The translations under genes and the position numbers were made by a program. Positions 1 to 9,901 of a DNA stretch of 64,000 nt are shown here, in pieces. The stretch's first letter is position 1, and every line of letters begins with the position of its first letter. The notes below the pieces were generated by a model. That model was not told the DNA's origin. It made no database searches and was given only the letters and a program-made list of their open reading frames with translations. The DNA comes from Pseudomonadales bacterium. GTDB lineage: Bacteria; Pseudomonadota; Gammaproteobacteria; Pseudomonadales; Pseudohongiellaceae. The stretch covers positions 35,618-99,617 of the forward strand of contig JACKOJ010000008.1 of NCBI GenBank assembly GCA_024234325.1. The letters are read 5' to 3'.

Positions 1-858
1 ATTACCGGACGCACGACAGTGATTGCGGTCTCCGGCTCCTTTCACGGGCGCACACTGGGCACGTTGTCCCTGTCGGGCGGGCGGGAGAATGCAGCTCGCT
101 ACCTGCCCCAGGTGCCGGGCAATCTCTTTGCGCCATTCGGAGACATTGCGGCACTCGAAAATTTGATGAGCGACCAGGTGGCCGCTGTCATTCTGGAACC
201 GGTACAGGGGGAAGGGGGTGTCAGAGCCCAGAGCGGTGAGTACATGAAGGCGCTTGAGCAGTGCTGTCGAGCGCACGGTGCCCTGCTGATTGTGGACGAG
301 GTGCAGACTGGATTCTGCCGTACGGGAACCTTCTTCGCCGTCGATGCGCTGGGCATTGCACCGGACATTCTTACCATGGGCAAGGGCATTGCCAGCGGTT
401 TTCCCTTCGCTGCATTTGCGGTGACCGAAGCGGTCGCTGCCGGGGTTGCGAAGGGCGATCACGGCGGCACCTACTGCGGTAATCCGCTTGGCTGCGCGGT
501 CGCTGATGCGGTACTCGAATATCTGCTGGACAACAGTGTTGCTGATGAGGTGGCACGCAAGGGTGGTTCCTTGCACACGGCGCTGCGAGGGCTGCAGCAG
601 GACTACCCGGAGGCGATTCAGGAGATCAGAGGAAAGGGGCTGCTGTTCGGATTGCAGTTGCAAAGCGACGAACAGGTGATGAATCTGACCCGGCTCTGTC
701 TGGACAGGGGCTTGATGGTAACGCCAACGCGCAATGCAGTGCTGCGTCTGATTCCAAGCCTGCTGGTCAGCGACGAGGAGATTGCCCAGGCGCTGGAAAT
801 TCTGAGAGGCTGTCTCGCGCAGTTGCAGGCTGAGCAGAGAAGCGATGTGGCGGCATAG
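1..858 (+). CDS. Class III PLP-dependent aminotransferase (ArgD/acetylornithine-type), 5'-truncated by the window edge
   Basis: The frame is open from nt 1. Motifs seen: DEVQTGFCRTG and TMGKGIASGFP (PLP-lysine region). Good length downstream. Confidence 0.85.
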   Translation: MTGRTTVIAVSGSFHGRTLGTLSLSGGRENAARYLPQVPGNLFAPFGDIAALENLMSDQVAAVILEPVQGEGGVRAQSGEYMKALEQCCRAHGALLIVDEVQTGFCRTGTFFAVDALGIAPDILTMGKGIASGFPFAAFAVTEAVAAGVAKGDHGGTYCGNPLGCAVADAVLEYLLDNSVADEVARKGGSLHTALRGLQQDYPEAIQEIRGKGLLFGLQLQSDEQVMNLTRLCLDRGLMVTPTRNAVLRLIPSLLVSDEEIAQALEILRGCLAQLQAEQRSDVAA

Positions 859-928
859 AGGTGCATGCCTGTCTGCGCTAGTATGCGTTCAGGAACCCAG
901 AAACGTGGAATCGGGAGAGGCATGAGAC

Positions 929-1945
929 ATGAAGAACACACGCGTACTGCTGGCCAAACGGCCAAGTGGAGAGCCAGGGGACGACTGTTTCCGTTTTGAA
1001 ACGGTGGAGACGCCTGAACTCAAGGACGGGCAGGTGCTGATCAAGGTGCTTTACCTGTCGCTGGATCCGTATATGCGCGGGCGCATGAATGACGTGAAGT
1101 CCTATGCCAGCCCTTTGCAGATAGGGGACGTAATGATTGGAGAGTCTGCCGGGGTAGTGGTGGAATCAAAATCGTCGCGTTTCGCTGTGGGGGACTACGT
1201 TACGGCGCATATGGGTTGGCAGAGTGCGCTGGTGGCAGATGACAGCTATCCGATGCTCGCCAAAGTGGATGTCACCAATGCACCGCTGTCTGCCTATCTG
1301 GGCGTGGTGGGCATGCCGGGACGTACGGCGTATTTCGGTCTGACGGAACTGGGCAGGCCGCAGGCCGGCGAAACCCTGGTGGTGTCGGCTGCATCCGGCG
1401 CGGTGGGCTCGGTCGTGGGTCAGATTGGGCGCATCCTGGGCCTGCGGGTGGTGGGTATCGCGGGAGGTGCCGAGAAATGTGCCTATGTCAGAGACGAGCT
1501 GGGCTTTGACGCCTGCATCGACTACAAGGCGGGCAATCTGCCGGCAGATCTGCAGGCGGCGTGTCCGCAGGGCATCGATGTCTATTTCGAGAATGTGGGA
1601 GGCGATGTGGCAAGGGCAGTGGCGCCTCTGCTGAACGAAGGAGCCAGGGTGCCCATTTGCGGCTATGTCTCCAGTTACAACGCCGAGGACATCAGCAAGG
1701 CAGTGACGCCGATGCAGATCTTCGGTGCTCTGGCCAATCCCCCGGAACATCGTTTCTTTGTCGTCACGGAATGGATGCCACAATGGCCGGAAGCGACCCG
1801 GCAACTCGGCCAGTGGCTGCGTGAAGGAAAGCTGCAGTACCGGGAATCCATTGGTGACGGGCTGGAAAATGCCCCAGAACTTTTCCGCGGGCTGCTGAAG
1901 GGCAAAAACTTCGGCAAGCAACTGGTGCGGGTGGCAACGGAATAG
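929..1945 (+). CDS. NADP-dependent oxidoreductase, MDR superfamily (alkenal/enone reductase, YncB/CurA-like)
   Basis: 338 aa. Rossmann motif AASGAVGSVVGQ. C-terminal GKNFGKQLV is typical of this subfamily. Confidence 0.8.
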   Translation: MKNTRVLLAKRPSGEPGDDCFRFETVETPELKDGQVLIKVLYLSLDPYMRGRMNDVKSYASPLQIGDVMIGESAGVVVESKSSRFAVGDYVTAHMGWQSALVADDSYPMLAKVDVTNAPLSAYLGVVGMPGRTAYFGLTELGRPQAGETLVVSAASGAVGSVVGQIGRILGLRVVGIAGGAEKCAYVRDELGFDACIDYKAGNLPADLQAACPQGIDVYFENVGGDVARAVAPLLNEGARVPICGYVSSYNAEDISKAVTPMQIFGALANPPEHRFFVVTEWMPQWPEATRQLGQWLREGKLQYRESIGDGLENAPELFRGLLKGKNFGKQLVRVATE

Positions 1946-1955
1946 GGCGAGCGTT

Positions 1956-3047
1956 TCAGGACTCTGCGGGGAGAAGATGGATGGTTTCTCCGCGCAGCCG
2001 CACCGGCAGCCCCTGGCCGACAAGCAGGGAAAAACGCTGTGCGAGATAGCGGGGAACCTGCATGGTCAGGCGATCGTCCCCGGCGCTCAGGGTGATGCGA
2101 TAGTTTTCCCCCAGCGCCAGCATGCTTTCAATCTGCACATCGATTGGATTGTCGAGCATCTCATCTTCATGAGGGCGCGTCGGCATCAGCAGCACGCCCG
2201 ATGTAGGCATGACCCACTGTATCGTGTCACCCGGCTGGAACCTTGGGTGAAGGCGTACGCGCAGCCGCCATTCATTCCACTGGATCAGGGTGTGTGTCGC
2301 TTCATGTTGAATGACACGTCCAGAAAAGAGATTGCGCATCCCCATCAGTCGCGCTACTTCCGCGCTGGCCGGTGCACGCAATACCCGGTCGGGGGTGTCG
2401 GTCTGCAGTGTCTGGCCGTGGTTGAGAATGCTCATGCGGTCCGCCAGCAGGGTAGCTTCATCGAGATCGTGTGTGACCAGGACCACGGGCATTTTCAGTT
2501 CTTCCCGCAGTTCTGCCAGCTCCTGATAGAGTGCTTCGCGGGTCGCCCGGTCGACTGCTGAAAAGGGTTCGTCGAGAAGCAGGGCGCGCGGTTGTCTTGC
2601 CAGGGCTCTGGCAACCGCCACGCGTTGTTGCTGTCCGCCGGAGAGTTGTCGCGGCAGGCGCGTTTCCATGCCGCCAAGGTGTACCCGCTGCAGCCAGGAG
2701 CGTGCGCGTTTGTAGCGTTCCTTCAAGGGCAGGTCGAGCATGGCTTCCGCGACATTGTCCAGTGCATTGAGGTGAGGGAAGAGTGCGAAACTCTGGAACA
2801 CCATCCCTACCCGGCGCTGGGCGGTAGCCATGTTGATGCCGGCTGTACTGTCGAACCAGGTTTCTCCCGCACAGGTGATCTGGCCATATCGCGGCGAGTA
2901 GAGCCCCGCGATACTGCGCAGCAGGGTGGACTTGCCACTGCCGGAGGGGCCAACAAGCGCGAGCACTTCCCCCGGGGCGCAGGCAATTTCCGCATTCAGT
3001 GGAATCGGCGATTCCTGTGTCAATCTCAGGTGCAGTCCGTCAGGCAT
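1956..3047 (-). CDS. modC: Molybdate ABC transporter ATP-binding protein
   Basis: Walker A GPSGSGKST, signature LSGGQQQR, Walker B LLLDEP, and a C-terminal TOBE/Mop-like domain. Start trimmed to MPDGLH; its ATG overlaps the modB stop (ATGCCTGA). Confidence 0.9.
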   Translation of the reverse strand: MPDGLHLRLTQESPIPLNAEIACAPGEVLALVGPSGSGKSTLLRSIAGLYSPRYGQITCAGETWFDSTAGINMATAQRRVGMVFQSFALFPHLNALDNVAEAMLDLPLKERYKRARSWLQRVHLGGMETRLPRQLSGGQQQRVAVARALARQPRALLLDEPFSAVDRATREALYQELAELREELKMPVVLVTHDLDEATLLADRMSILNHGQTLQTDTPDRVLRAPASAEVARLMGMRNLFSGRVIQHEATHTLIQWNEWRLRVRLHPRFQPGDTIQWVMPTSGVLLMPTRPHEDEMLDNPIDVQIESMLALGENYRITLSAGDDRLTMQVPRYLAQRFSLLVGQGLPVRLRGETIHLLPAES

Positions 3048-3714
3048 GGGACTGCTCCCGGTGAATGCGCGTGCCGGCAAAATAGGACAGGCTGATGGCG
3101 ACGAGGGAGATCAGCAGCAGCACTGCAGACATGACCGCGGCCGCGTGATTGTCGAAGGCCTGCACGCGATCGTAGATGGCGATGGCGATGGTACGGGTTT
3201 CCCCCGGAATGCTGCCCCCCACCATGAGGACAACCCCGAATTCACCGAGCGTGTGCGCGAAGGTCAGCACCAGGGCAGATAGAATGCCGGGCCATGCCAG
3301 GGGCAGTTCAATGCGGTGCAGGATGCGCCAGGGAGAAAGACCGCAGCAGCGCGCAGCCTCGCGCACTTCCTGCGGAATGGCCTCGAAGGCTCTCTGCATC
3401 GGCTGTATGGCGAACGGAAGATTGAAGATCAGTGACGCAATGAGCAGACCGGAGAACGAAAAGGTCAGTTGCTGCCCGAACAGTGTTTCATAGGCCTGCC
3501 CGATCGGAGAGCGGTTGCCGAGTGCCATCAGCAGATAAAAACCCAGCACGGTGGGCGGCAGAACCAGAGGCAGCGTGAGCAATGCTTCCACAACACTCTT
3601 GCCGGGAAATGCGCGCCATGCCAGCAGGCGACCGAGCCAGATGCCCAGGGGAAGCAGGATGAGCATTGTCCACAGAGACAATTCCAGGGAAAGCTGAAGT
3701 GCGGACCAATCCAT
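3040..3714 (-). CDS. modB: Molybdate ABC transporter permease
   Basis: 224 aa, multi-TM, with an EAA-type loop (EAARCCGLSPWRILHRIELPLA). Lies between modA and modC. Confidence 0.9.
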   Translation of the reverse strand: MDWSALQLSLELSLWTMLILLPLGIWLGRLLAWRAFPGKSVVEALLTLPLVLPPTVLGFYLLMALGNRSPIGQAYETLFGQQLTFSFSGLLIASLIFNLPFAIQPMQRAFEAIPQEVREAARCCGLSPWRILHRIELPLAWPGILSALVLTFAHTLGEFGVVLMVGGSIPGETRTIAIAIYDRVQAFDNHAAAVMSAVLLLISLVAISLSYFAGTRIHREQSHA

Positions 3715-3744
3715 TACACATTCTCGGGGAGGCTTCCGGAAGTC

Positions 3745-4530
3745 TCAGCGAGCCTCCGGCAGTTCAAAACCAAAGTCACGCATGATCTCCCGTGCCCGCG
3801 GACCCTGTAAATAGGCATAGAACTCATGCAGCGCCGGGGGAGCAGTTCTGAGCAGCACCATGCGCTGGTGCAGGGGTTCATGCCAGTCCTGTGGAATCAG
3901 TGCGTAATCGCCCAGACGTGACACATTCGGAGACAGCGCCAGGGAGTAGGCGATGATGCCGCCCTGGGTGCTGCCTGAGGTGGCAAACTGCGCTGCCTGA
4001 GACACGTTTTCTCCCAGTACCAGATGTCCCTGCAGGGCCTCCCACAGGCCCGCGTGGCGCAGTGCTTCCTCGGCACGACGACCGTAGGGCGCGTGCTCGG
4101 GGTTGGCAATGGCAAAGCGTTGAATCTGATGATTGTCCAGTGCTTCGCCCAGGCCCTGCAAGCCGGTATCCGCCTTGAGGACGGAGCCATGGGGTGTGAT
4201 CAGCACGATCCTGCCCTCGGCGTACAGAGTGCCTGCATCTTCCGTCAGCCCCGCGTCAGCCAGTTGCTGCACGTAGCTCTCGTCGGCAGACATGAACATC
4301 TGGAAGGGCGCGCCCTCACGGATCTGGCGATAGAAATTGCCGGAGGAACCATACACCACCTGAACCTGCCGCCCCGTGTCGAGACGGTACTGCTCCCGCA
4401 CTGCCTCCAGCGCAAACTGCAGATCGGAGGCTGCCGCGATGGTGGCGGGCTGGGCCTGTGCAGGCGCTGAACCGAGGACGCAACTCACCAGCAGGCAGGC
4501 GAGGCGGGTCAGAAATGCAGGCTTGAGCAT
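3745..4530 (-). CDS. modA: Molybdate-binding periplasmic protein
   Basis: 261 aa with a signal peptide (LGSAPAQA). ModA-like YGSSG and ANP..APYG motifs. First gene of modABC. Confidence 0.9.
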   Translation of the reverse strand: MLKPAFLTRLACLLVSCVLGSAPAQAQPATIAAASDLQFALEAVREQYRLDTGRQVQVVYGSSGNFYRQIREGAPFQMFMSADESYVQQLADAGLTEDAGTLYAEGRIVLITPHGSVLKADTGLQGLGEALDNHQIQRFAIANPEHAPYGRRAEEALRHAGLWEALQGHLVLGENVSQAAQFATSGSTQGGIIAYSLALSPNVSRLGDYALIPQDWHEPLHQRMVLLRTAPPALHEFYAYLQGPRAREIMRDFGFELPEAR

Positions 4531-4557
4531 GACGGAATTCCATGTCGATGGGCTGAG

Positions 4558-4581
4558 CGCTGTATCATTTCATATATAGCG
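4558..4581. promoter_or_regulatory. ModE-type Mo-box operator upstream of modA
   Basis: CGCTGTATC-ATTTCA-TATATAGCG has 9+6+9 architecture matching the remembered consensus CGCTATATA-N6-TATATAGCG. It lies 28 nt upstream of the modA ATG. Confidence 0.55.
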
Positions 4582-4756
4582 ATGGAGCGTCCACCGCTTT
4601 GCGTCCTGTCGGGGGAGATGTCGGCAGTTCGTGACGGCACAAAGTCCTTGTTCCGTTCCGCGAAAGCCTGCTAATTTATGATAATGCCAGCCAGTATTAT
4701 TCATGAAATCAATGCTGTCTATTGAGGCAAATGATTGTGGAGAGGGGGAGAGCAGA

Positions 4757-5521
4757 GTGAGCCTATTCGATCTGACAGGGAAATCAGCATTGATTACCGG
4801 CTCAACCAAGGGCATTGGTTTGGCAATCGCACGCCGGATGGCGGAAGCGGGCGCCCGTGTGGTCATTTCGAGCAGGAATCAGGAAGCCTGCGACGAAGTG
4901 GCCGCACAGATCAATGCCGAGGGGGGGAGTGCTGTTGCAGTTGCCTGCAATATCAACTACAAGGCGCAGCTCGAAGGTCTCGTCAAGAAGACCATAGAGC
5001 ACTTCGGCGCCATTGATATTCTGGTCTGCAATGCCGCACTGAATCCGCATTATGGTCCTTCACAGACCATTCCCGACGAGGCATTCGACAAGATCATGAA
5101 TGCCAACATTGGCAGCGCTCACCGTCTCTGTCAGCTCGTCATTCCGGGCATGGCAGAGCACGGGGGGGGCGCGGTCATCATCGTGTCATCGGTGGCCGGG
5201 CTCAAGGGCAACCGCATGCTGGGTGCCTACGGTATCTCCAAGGCGGCGGACATGCAGATGGCGCGAAATCTGGCCGTCGAATGGGGGCCCAGGAATGTAC
5301 GGGTCAACTGCATTGCTCCCGGCCTGGTGCGCACTGATTTTGCCCGGGCGCTATGGGAGAATCCTGAAACCTACGCTGCCACGGTTGCCCAGTATCCCTT
5401 GCGGCGCATTGGCGAACCGGATGAAATTGCCGGTGCCGCCGTTTATCTTGCTTCTTCTGCCGGCAGTTTCACCACTGGTCAGACCCTGGTCGTTGATGGT
5501 GGCGGCACCATTGCCAGCTAG
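4757..5521 (+). CDS. Short-chain dehydrogenase/reductase (SDR)
   Basis: TGSTKGIG cofactor motif and YGISKAA catalytic Y-x3-K. A GTG start at 4757 is preferred over the track ATG at 4703 because GGAGAGGGGGAG lies just upstream. Confidence 0.85.
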   Translation: MSLFDLTGKSALITGSTKGIGLAIARRMAEAGARVVISSRNQEACDEVAAQINAEGGSAVAVACNINYKAQLEGLVKKTIEHFGAIDILVCNAALNPHYGPSQTIPDEAFDKIMNANIGSAHRLCQLVIPGMAEHGGGAVIIVSSVAGLKGNRMLGAYGISKAADMQMARNLAVEWGPRNVRVNCIAPGLVRTDFARALWENPETYAATVAQYPLRRIGEPDEIAGAAVYLASSAGSFTTGQTLVVDGGGTIAS

Positions 5522-5575
5522 TCTCACGTGCACACGCGTCGCGTGTGCCAAATCAGTCGATAGAGGATTATCCCG

Positions 5576-6796
5576 ATGATGAATTTGGGCCTGTCTCCCG
5601 AGATGGAGGAAGTCCGCGAGAAGATTCGTCACTTTGTGGCAAATGATGTTGCGGCGGTGGAACAGCGTTATCAGGACGAGATCGCTGTCGGCGATCGCTG
5701 GTCCCATACGCCGGTGCAGGAAGAGATCATGGAGGGGCTGAAGGCCAAAGCCCGCGCTCTTGGACTGTGGAACTTCTTTTTGCCCAGAAGCCAGGGGGGC
5801 GCGGGAATCAGCAATCTGGAGTACGCCCACCTTGCCGAGGTCATGGGCCGCAGCCGCCTGGCCTCAGAGGCCTTCAACTGCAGTGCGCCGGACACAGGCA
5901 ACATGGAGGTGCTGGAGCGTTATGGCTCCGAGCAGCAGAAGGCGCAATGGCTGCAACCCCTGCTGGAGGGGAAGATTCGCTCCGCCTTCGCCATGACTGA
6001 GCCGGACGTGGCCTCTTCCGATGCGACCAATATCGCCACCTCGGCAGTGCTGGACGGGGAGGAATGGGTGATCAACGGAGAGAAATTCTATATCTCCGGC
6101 GCCGGAGACAAGCGCTGCAAGATCATGATCGCGATGGTGGTCACCGACCCCGACGCCCCCAAATACAACCGCCAGTCGCAGATTCTGGTGCCGATGGATA
6201 CCCCGGGAGTCGAAATCGTGCGACCTATGGCGGTATTCGGGCACGACGATGCGCCGCACGGCCACATGCACATTCGCTTCAGCAATGTCAGGGTCCCGAA
6301 GGAAAACCTCATCCTGGGGCGTGGCAGGGGCTTCGAAATCTCTCAGGGGCGTCTGGGGCCAGGGCGGATTCACCACTGCATGCGCTCCATCGGCGCAGCG
6401 GAGAAGGCACTGCAATTGCTGTGTGAACGGGCAGTCAGTCGTCAGGCCTTCGGCAAACCCCTGGCGGAGCTTGGCGGCAATTACGATGTCATTGCCGACT
6501 GCCGCATTGAGATCGAGATGTGTCGTCTGCTGGTGTTCAAGGCCGCCTGGCTGATGGACACGGTGGGCAACAAGGCCGCGCGGGATGCGATTTCCCAGAT
6601 CAAGGTCGCCGTGCCGAATATGGCGCTGCGCGTTATCGATCGCGCCATTCAGATATACGGTGCTGCGGGGGTGTCACAGGATTTCCCGCTGGCGGCGCTG
6701 TGGACAAATCAGCGCACCCTGCGTCTTGCCGACGGGCCGGATGAGGTCCATCGACGGGTGGTGGCGCGGGCCGAGCTGGCCAAATACAGGGAATGA
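5576..6796 (+). CDS. Acyl-CoA dehydrogenase
   Basis: 406 aa. Motifs [16 protein letters not shown] and a C-terminal QIYGAAG...[10 protein letters not shown], typical of ACADs. Confidence 0.9.
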   Translation: MMNLGLSPEMEEVREKIRHFVANDVAAVEQRYQDEIAVGDRWSHTPVQEEIMEGLKAKARALGLWNFFLPRSQGGAGISNLEYAHLAEVMGRSRLASEAFNCSAPDTGNMEVLERYGSEQQKAQWLQPLLEGKIRSAFAMTEPDVASSDATNIATSAVLDGEEWVINGEKFYISGAGDKRCKIMIAMVVTDPDAPKYNRQSQILVPMDTPGVEIVRPMAVFGHDDAPHGHMHIRFSNVRVPKENLILGRGRGFEISQGRLGPGRIHHCMRSIGAAEKALQLLCERAVSRQAFGKPLAELGGNYDVIADCRIEIEMCRLLVFKAAWLMDTVGNKAARDAISQIKVAVPNMALRVIDRAIQIYGAAGVSQDFPLAALWTNQRTLRLADGPDEVHRRVVARAELAKYRE

Positions 6797-6801
6797 GAAA
6801 G

Positions 6802-6830
6802 CCCGGGTGCCACGGGCAGGGGCACCCGGG
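6802..6830. terminator. Hairpin between convergent genes (probable bidirectional terminator)
   Basis: Perfect 10-bp stem CCCGGGTGCC / GGCACCCGGG with a 9-nt loop. It sits between the ACAD stop and the regulator stop. Confidence 0.55.
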
Positions 6831-6838
6831 GCAGCGGC

Positions 6839-7927
6839 TCAGGAGAGCCAGTCGAAGCGTTTGGTGAGGCTGGTCAGCTTGAAGCCGTGCCCTGCACTCT
6901 TGCTGTCAGCGGATTTGTCGGCATTGACATCAGGCCCCTGAATGACACGGGTGGTAAAGCTGTCGATGTCGAACATGACCAGGCTTGCCTGCTCTGCCGG
7001 CAGCACTGCGGCGGGCGTGATGCGCGGAGCCTGGGCGAACAGCAGGGCGCGATCGATAGGCGACCACTGCAGGTTGTACAGCGTATCGGGCGTGCTCAGC
7101 ACCGCCACAGGCGAGTTGGGCAGGTCTGTTGACCCCAGCAACAGGCTGGAGCCCTCATCGTCATATCGAATCTGTGCGAACAGACGTCCGTCACGGGAAA
7201 TGACCGGCTGTGTGCCATGACGCAGCTCTGCCGTGGAAACGGGAATTTCCCCCTGGGATGAGACCACTTTTTCCAGCCTTCCCCCCATCAGCGTATTCAG
7301 CTCGCTGGCATCCTGCACCTGCAGGTCGGCCAGGAGCGGATTCACGGCAGGCTCCGTGACGGGTGTGAACTGCAGCCCCAGCACAAACAGGGATGCCACG
7401 GCAAACGCGCTCGCGGCAAACTGCCGTGGCGCTCCCAGCCAGGGCATGGCATGACGCTGCCAGAAGCCGGCTTGTATTGCCACATCGTCGGCATCAATAC
7501 GAATGTCGGTGTCAGAGGCTACCGCGGGCACGGTTTGTTTGCCGGTGTGCGCCAGGGGCGCATCTGCCACCTGGCAGTCTGCCGCCAGGCGATAGCCGGT
7601 CTTGGGAATGGTATCGATCAGGCGTTTGCCGCCCTTGCCGCTTTCCAGTTTCTTGCGCAGTTCGGAGACGGCCCGGGTCAGGGAATTTTCGTTGACGATG
7701 ACACGTGGCCAGATCTGGTTGATGAGGGATTCGCGGCTCTGTACCTTGCCGGGGGCGCCTGCCAGGATGCACAAAAGCAGCATCAGGCGGGGTTCGAGTG
7801 AGCGACACTCGCCGCTGTCAAGGCACTGCAACTGATTGGCGGCCGGTTCGACGAGCCAGTGTTCCAGTTGGAACGGCTCGGTCCGAATTCCGTCAGTGTT
7901 TGCTGCAACCCATTCGCTGTCAGTCAT
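6839..7927 (-). CDS. ToxR/CadC-like membrane-anchored winged-helix regulator with a periplasmic TolB-like C-terminal region
   Basis: N-terminal OmpR/PhoB-type DNA-binding domain (SRESLINQIWPRVIVNENSLTRAVSELRKKL...IPKTGYRL), one TM segment (FAASAFAVASLFVLGLQF), and a beta-propeller-like tail. Confidence 0.75.
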   Translation of the reverse strand: MTDSEWVAANTDGIRTEPFQLEHWLVEPAANQLQCLDSGECRSLEPRLMLLLCILAGAPGKVQSRESLINQIWPRVIVNENSLTRAVSELRKKLESGKGGKRLIDTIPKTGYRLAADCQVADAPLAHTGKQTVPAVASDTDIRIDADDVAIQAGFWQRHAMPWLGAPRQFAASAFAVASLFVLGLQFTPVTEPAVNPLLADLQVQDASELNTLMGGRLEKVVSSQGEIPVSTAELRHGTQPVISRDGRLFAQIRYDDEGSSLLLGSTDLPNSPVAVLSTPDTLYNLQWSPIDRALLFAQAPRITPAAVLPAEQASLVMFDIDSFTTRVIQGPDVNADKSADSKSAGHGFKLTSLTKRFDWLS

Positions 7928-8244
7928 GATGTAGTCTCTTGTTGACGTTGTTCTTGCCTGCCGGGGCCGGTCTTACTGCCTTTGACTGTAGACTGCCGCC
8001 GGGGTTCCTTGATCGTCACTTCTTCTTACGGCCCAGAATGCCTCTTTCCGTCTGATTCTAGCCCACTTTCCCTGATGCACCCATTGCTGGGCCGTTTCTT
8101 CACCTTTTCTGGATAAAAAGTTCAGGGAATCCGAAGGTATTTCCTCTGGCTGCGCCCTAGATTAGGTCCCATGAAGCTTCCTGTCTGCGTTTCCCGACGC
8201 AGTAGGCTGAAACCGAAGTTCCTTATCTCCATGAGGGCAAGTGT

Positions 8245-9648
8245 ATGAAAAATCTAGTTGTGAGGTTGTTACTGATTGTTTCTATGAGTGGTGCCTTGGC
8301 CGCCAACGCAAGTGCTGCCGGAGACATCCTTCGTGCCAACGGCGTCCCGTCACTGGCGCCCATGCTGGAGAATGTCACGCCAGCAGTTGTGATTGTTTCC
8401 ACCACCCAGTCAGCCAGTGGTCCCGAGTCCCTGCGCTTTATGGATGAAGATGATCTGCGCCGCTTCTTTACAGACCCCTCCGCCCGGGGCCAGCAACAGC
8501 GCGGTGTTGTTCGCGGCATGGGTTCTGGTGTGATTGTAGACGCCGACCAGGGCTACATCGTCACCAATAACCACGTGATCGCGAACGCCGATGCGATCAA
8601 TGTCAGCCTGCAGGATGGCCGTGAATTCAAGGCCAGCCTGGTCGGGGCAGACCCGAGCACGGATGTTGCCCTGCTGCAGATTGAGGCAGACGACCTGATG
8701 GCGCTGGACTTCGCCGATATCGACCGGGTCCGGGTGGGCGACTATGTCGTGGCGGTAGGCAACCCCTTCGGTGTTGGGCAGACCGTGACCCAGGGCATTG
8801 TCAGTGCACTGGGACGTGGTGGCCTCAACAACGAGAACTACGAAGATTTCATTCAGACCGACGCGGCGATCAACATGGGCAACTCCGGTGGTGCGCTGGT
8901 CAATCTGGACGGTGAGCTGATCGGCATCAATACCGCCATCATCAGCGGCAGTGGCACCAGCGCCGGGATTGCCTTCGCAGTGCCCGTCAACATGATCACC
9001 GCGGTCATGGATCAACTGGAGCAGTACGGCGAAGTGCGCCGTGGCCAGTTGGGTGTCCAGATTCAGGATCTGACCTCTGCCATGGACTCTGCCCTGAAGA
9101 CCGGCGCGAGCAAGGGCGCCCTGGTCACCAGCGTAATGCCCGGAAGCGCTGCCGAGCAGGCGGGTCTGGAGGTTTCTGATGTGATTGTGGCGGTAGACGA
9201 TCAGGCGGTTGAGAACGGTCGCGATCTGCGCAACATCATCGGCCTGATGCGCGTGAACCAGGATGTGAAGCTGCACATCTTCCGCGATGGCAAGGCCCAG
9301 ACTGTCAGTGCTGTCATCGGCGGTGCCGAACCCACGGTAGCGGCGAACGATGCACAACCCAACCGCAGCCTGAGTGATCCGGTCTATCTGGGTGCCGAGC
9401 TGCGCAGCCTGGACCAGAACGCCGTGGCATCCCGTAACGGGCTGCACGGTGGCGTGGAAGTGCTCTCTGTTGAACAGGGCAGCCCCGCCTGGAGTGCCGG
9501 TCTGCGCCCGGGCGATGTGATCTACGAAGTGAACCGCAGCGATGTTGCCAGCCTGCAGGACTTCAACGAGGCGGTAGCAGATCAGTCCCAGGTCACCGCT
9601 CTCGGAGTGGTACGGGACAACCGCAGAATGCTGGTGATCGTGTCCTGA
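8245..9648 (+). CDS. Periplasmic serine endoprotease, DegP/DegQ/MucD family (two PDZ domains)
   Basis: Signal peptide. Triad contexts TNNHV, DVALLQ and GNSGGAL. Two PDZ-like regions. GAGGG RBS 8 nt upstream. Confidence 0.9.
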   Translation: MKNLVVRLLLIVSMSGALAANASAAGDILRANGVPSLAPMLENVTPAVVIVSTTQSASGPESLRFMDEDDLRRFFTDPSARGQQQRGVVRGMGSGVIVDADQGYIVTNNHVIANADAINVSLQDGREFKASLVGADPSTDVALLQIEADDLMALDFADIDRVRVGDYVVAVGNPFGVGQTVTQGIVSALGRGGLNNENYEDFIQTDAAINMGNSGGALVNLDGELIGINTAIISGSGTSAGIAFAVPVNMITAVMDQLEQYGEVRRGQLGVQIQDLTSAMDSALKTGASKGALVTSVMPGSAAEQAGLEVSDVIVAVDDQAVENGRDLRNIIGLMRVNQDVKLHIFRDGKAQTVSAVIGGAEPTVAANDAQPNRSLSDPVYLGAELRSLDQNAVASRNGLHGGVEVLSVEQGSPAWSAGLRPGDVIYEVNRSDVASLQDFNEAVADQSQVTALGVVRDNRRMLVIVS

Positions 9649-9742
9649 TGGGCACGGTCTCCACCGACGAACAGAGGAGCTTTCCTCGACTGACGTAAAT
9701 GGGAGGTAGTTGGTACTTAGCAGTTTGCTGTGCCTGACTTTG

Positions 9743-9779
9743 GCCGATCCTGGTGCACGCCACGATCGGCTTTTTTTTT
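9743..9779 (+). terminator. Rho-independent terminator after the DegP-family gene
   Basis: GCCGATCCTGG / CCACGATCGGC stem with 1 mismatch, followed by T9. Confidence 0.75.
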
Positions 9780-9901
9780 GCCGATCGGAATACTGCAAGG
9801 CAGCAGTCAGGACACTTGTGCCGGGTGCCGACGCTTGCAATTCCAGTGCGGCGTGTTACCTTCCTGCGCGAGTCCTCTTCTCATCCCGTTCCGGAGAATC
9901 C

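Noticed and set aside
7928-8244. Search for a sigmaE/AlgU-type promoter (GAACTT-N16/17-TCTGA) upstream of the DegP-family gene
   Set aside because: Only loose partial matches were found (e.g. around AAGTTC/GGAATC). Nothing meets both half-sites at the correct spacing.
8410-9840. 476-aa ORF on the minus strand, opposite the DegP-family gene
   Set aside because: It is an antisense shadow ORF typical of GC-rich DNA. Its translation is low-complexity and Arg/Gly/His/Gln-rich with no motifs, while the plus-strand gene has a full HtrA triad and PDZ domains.
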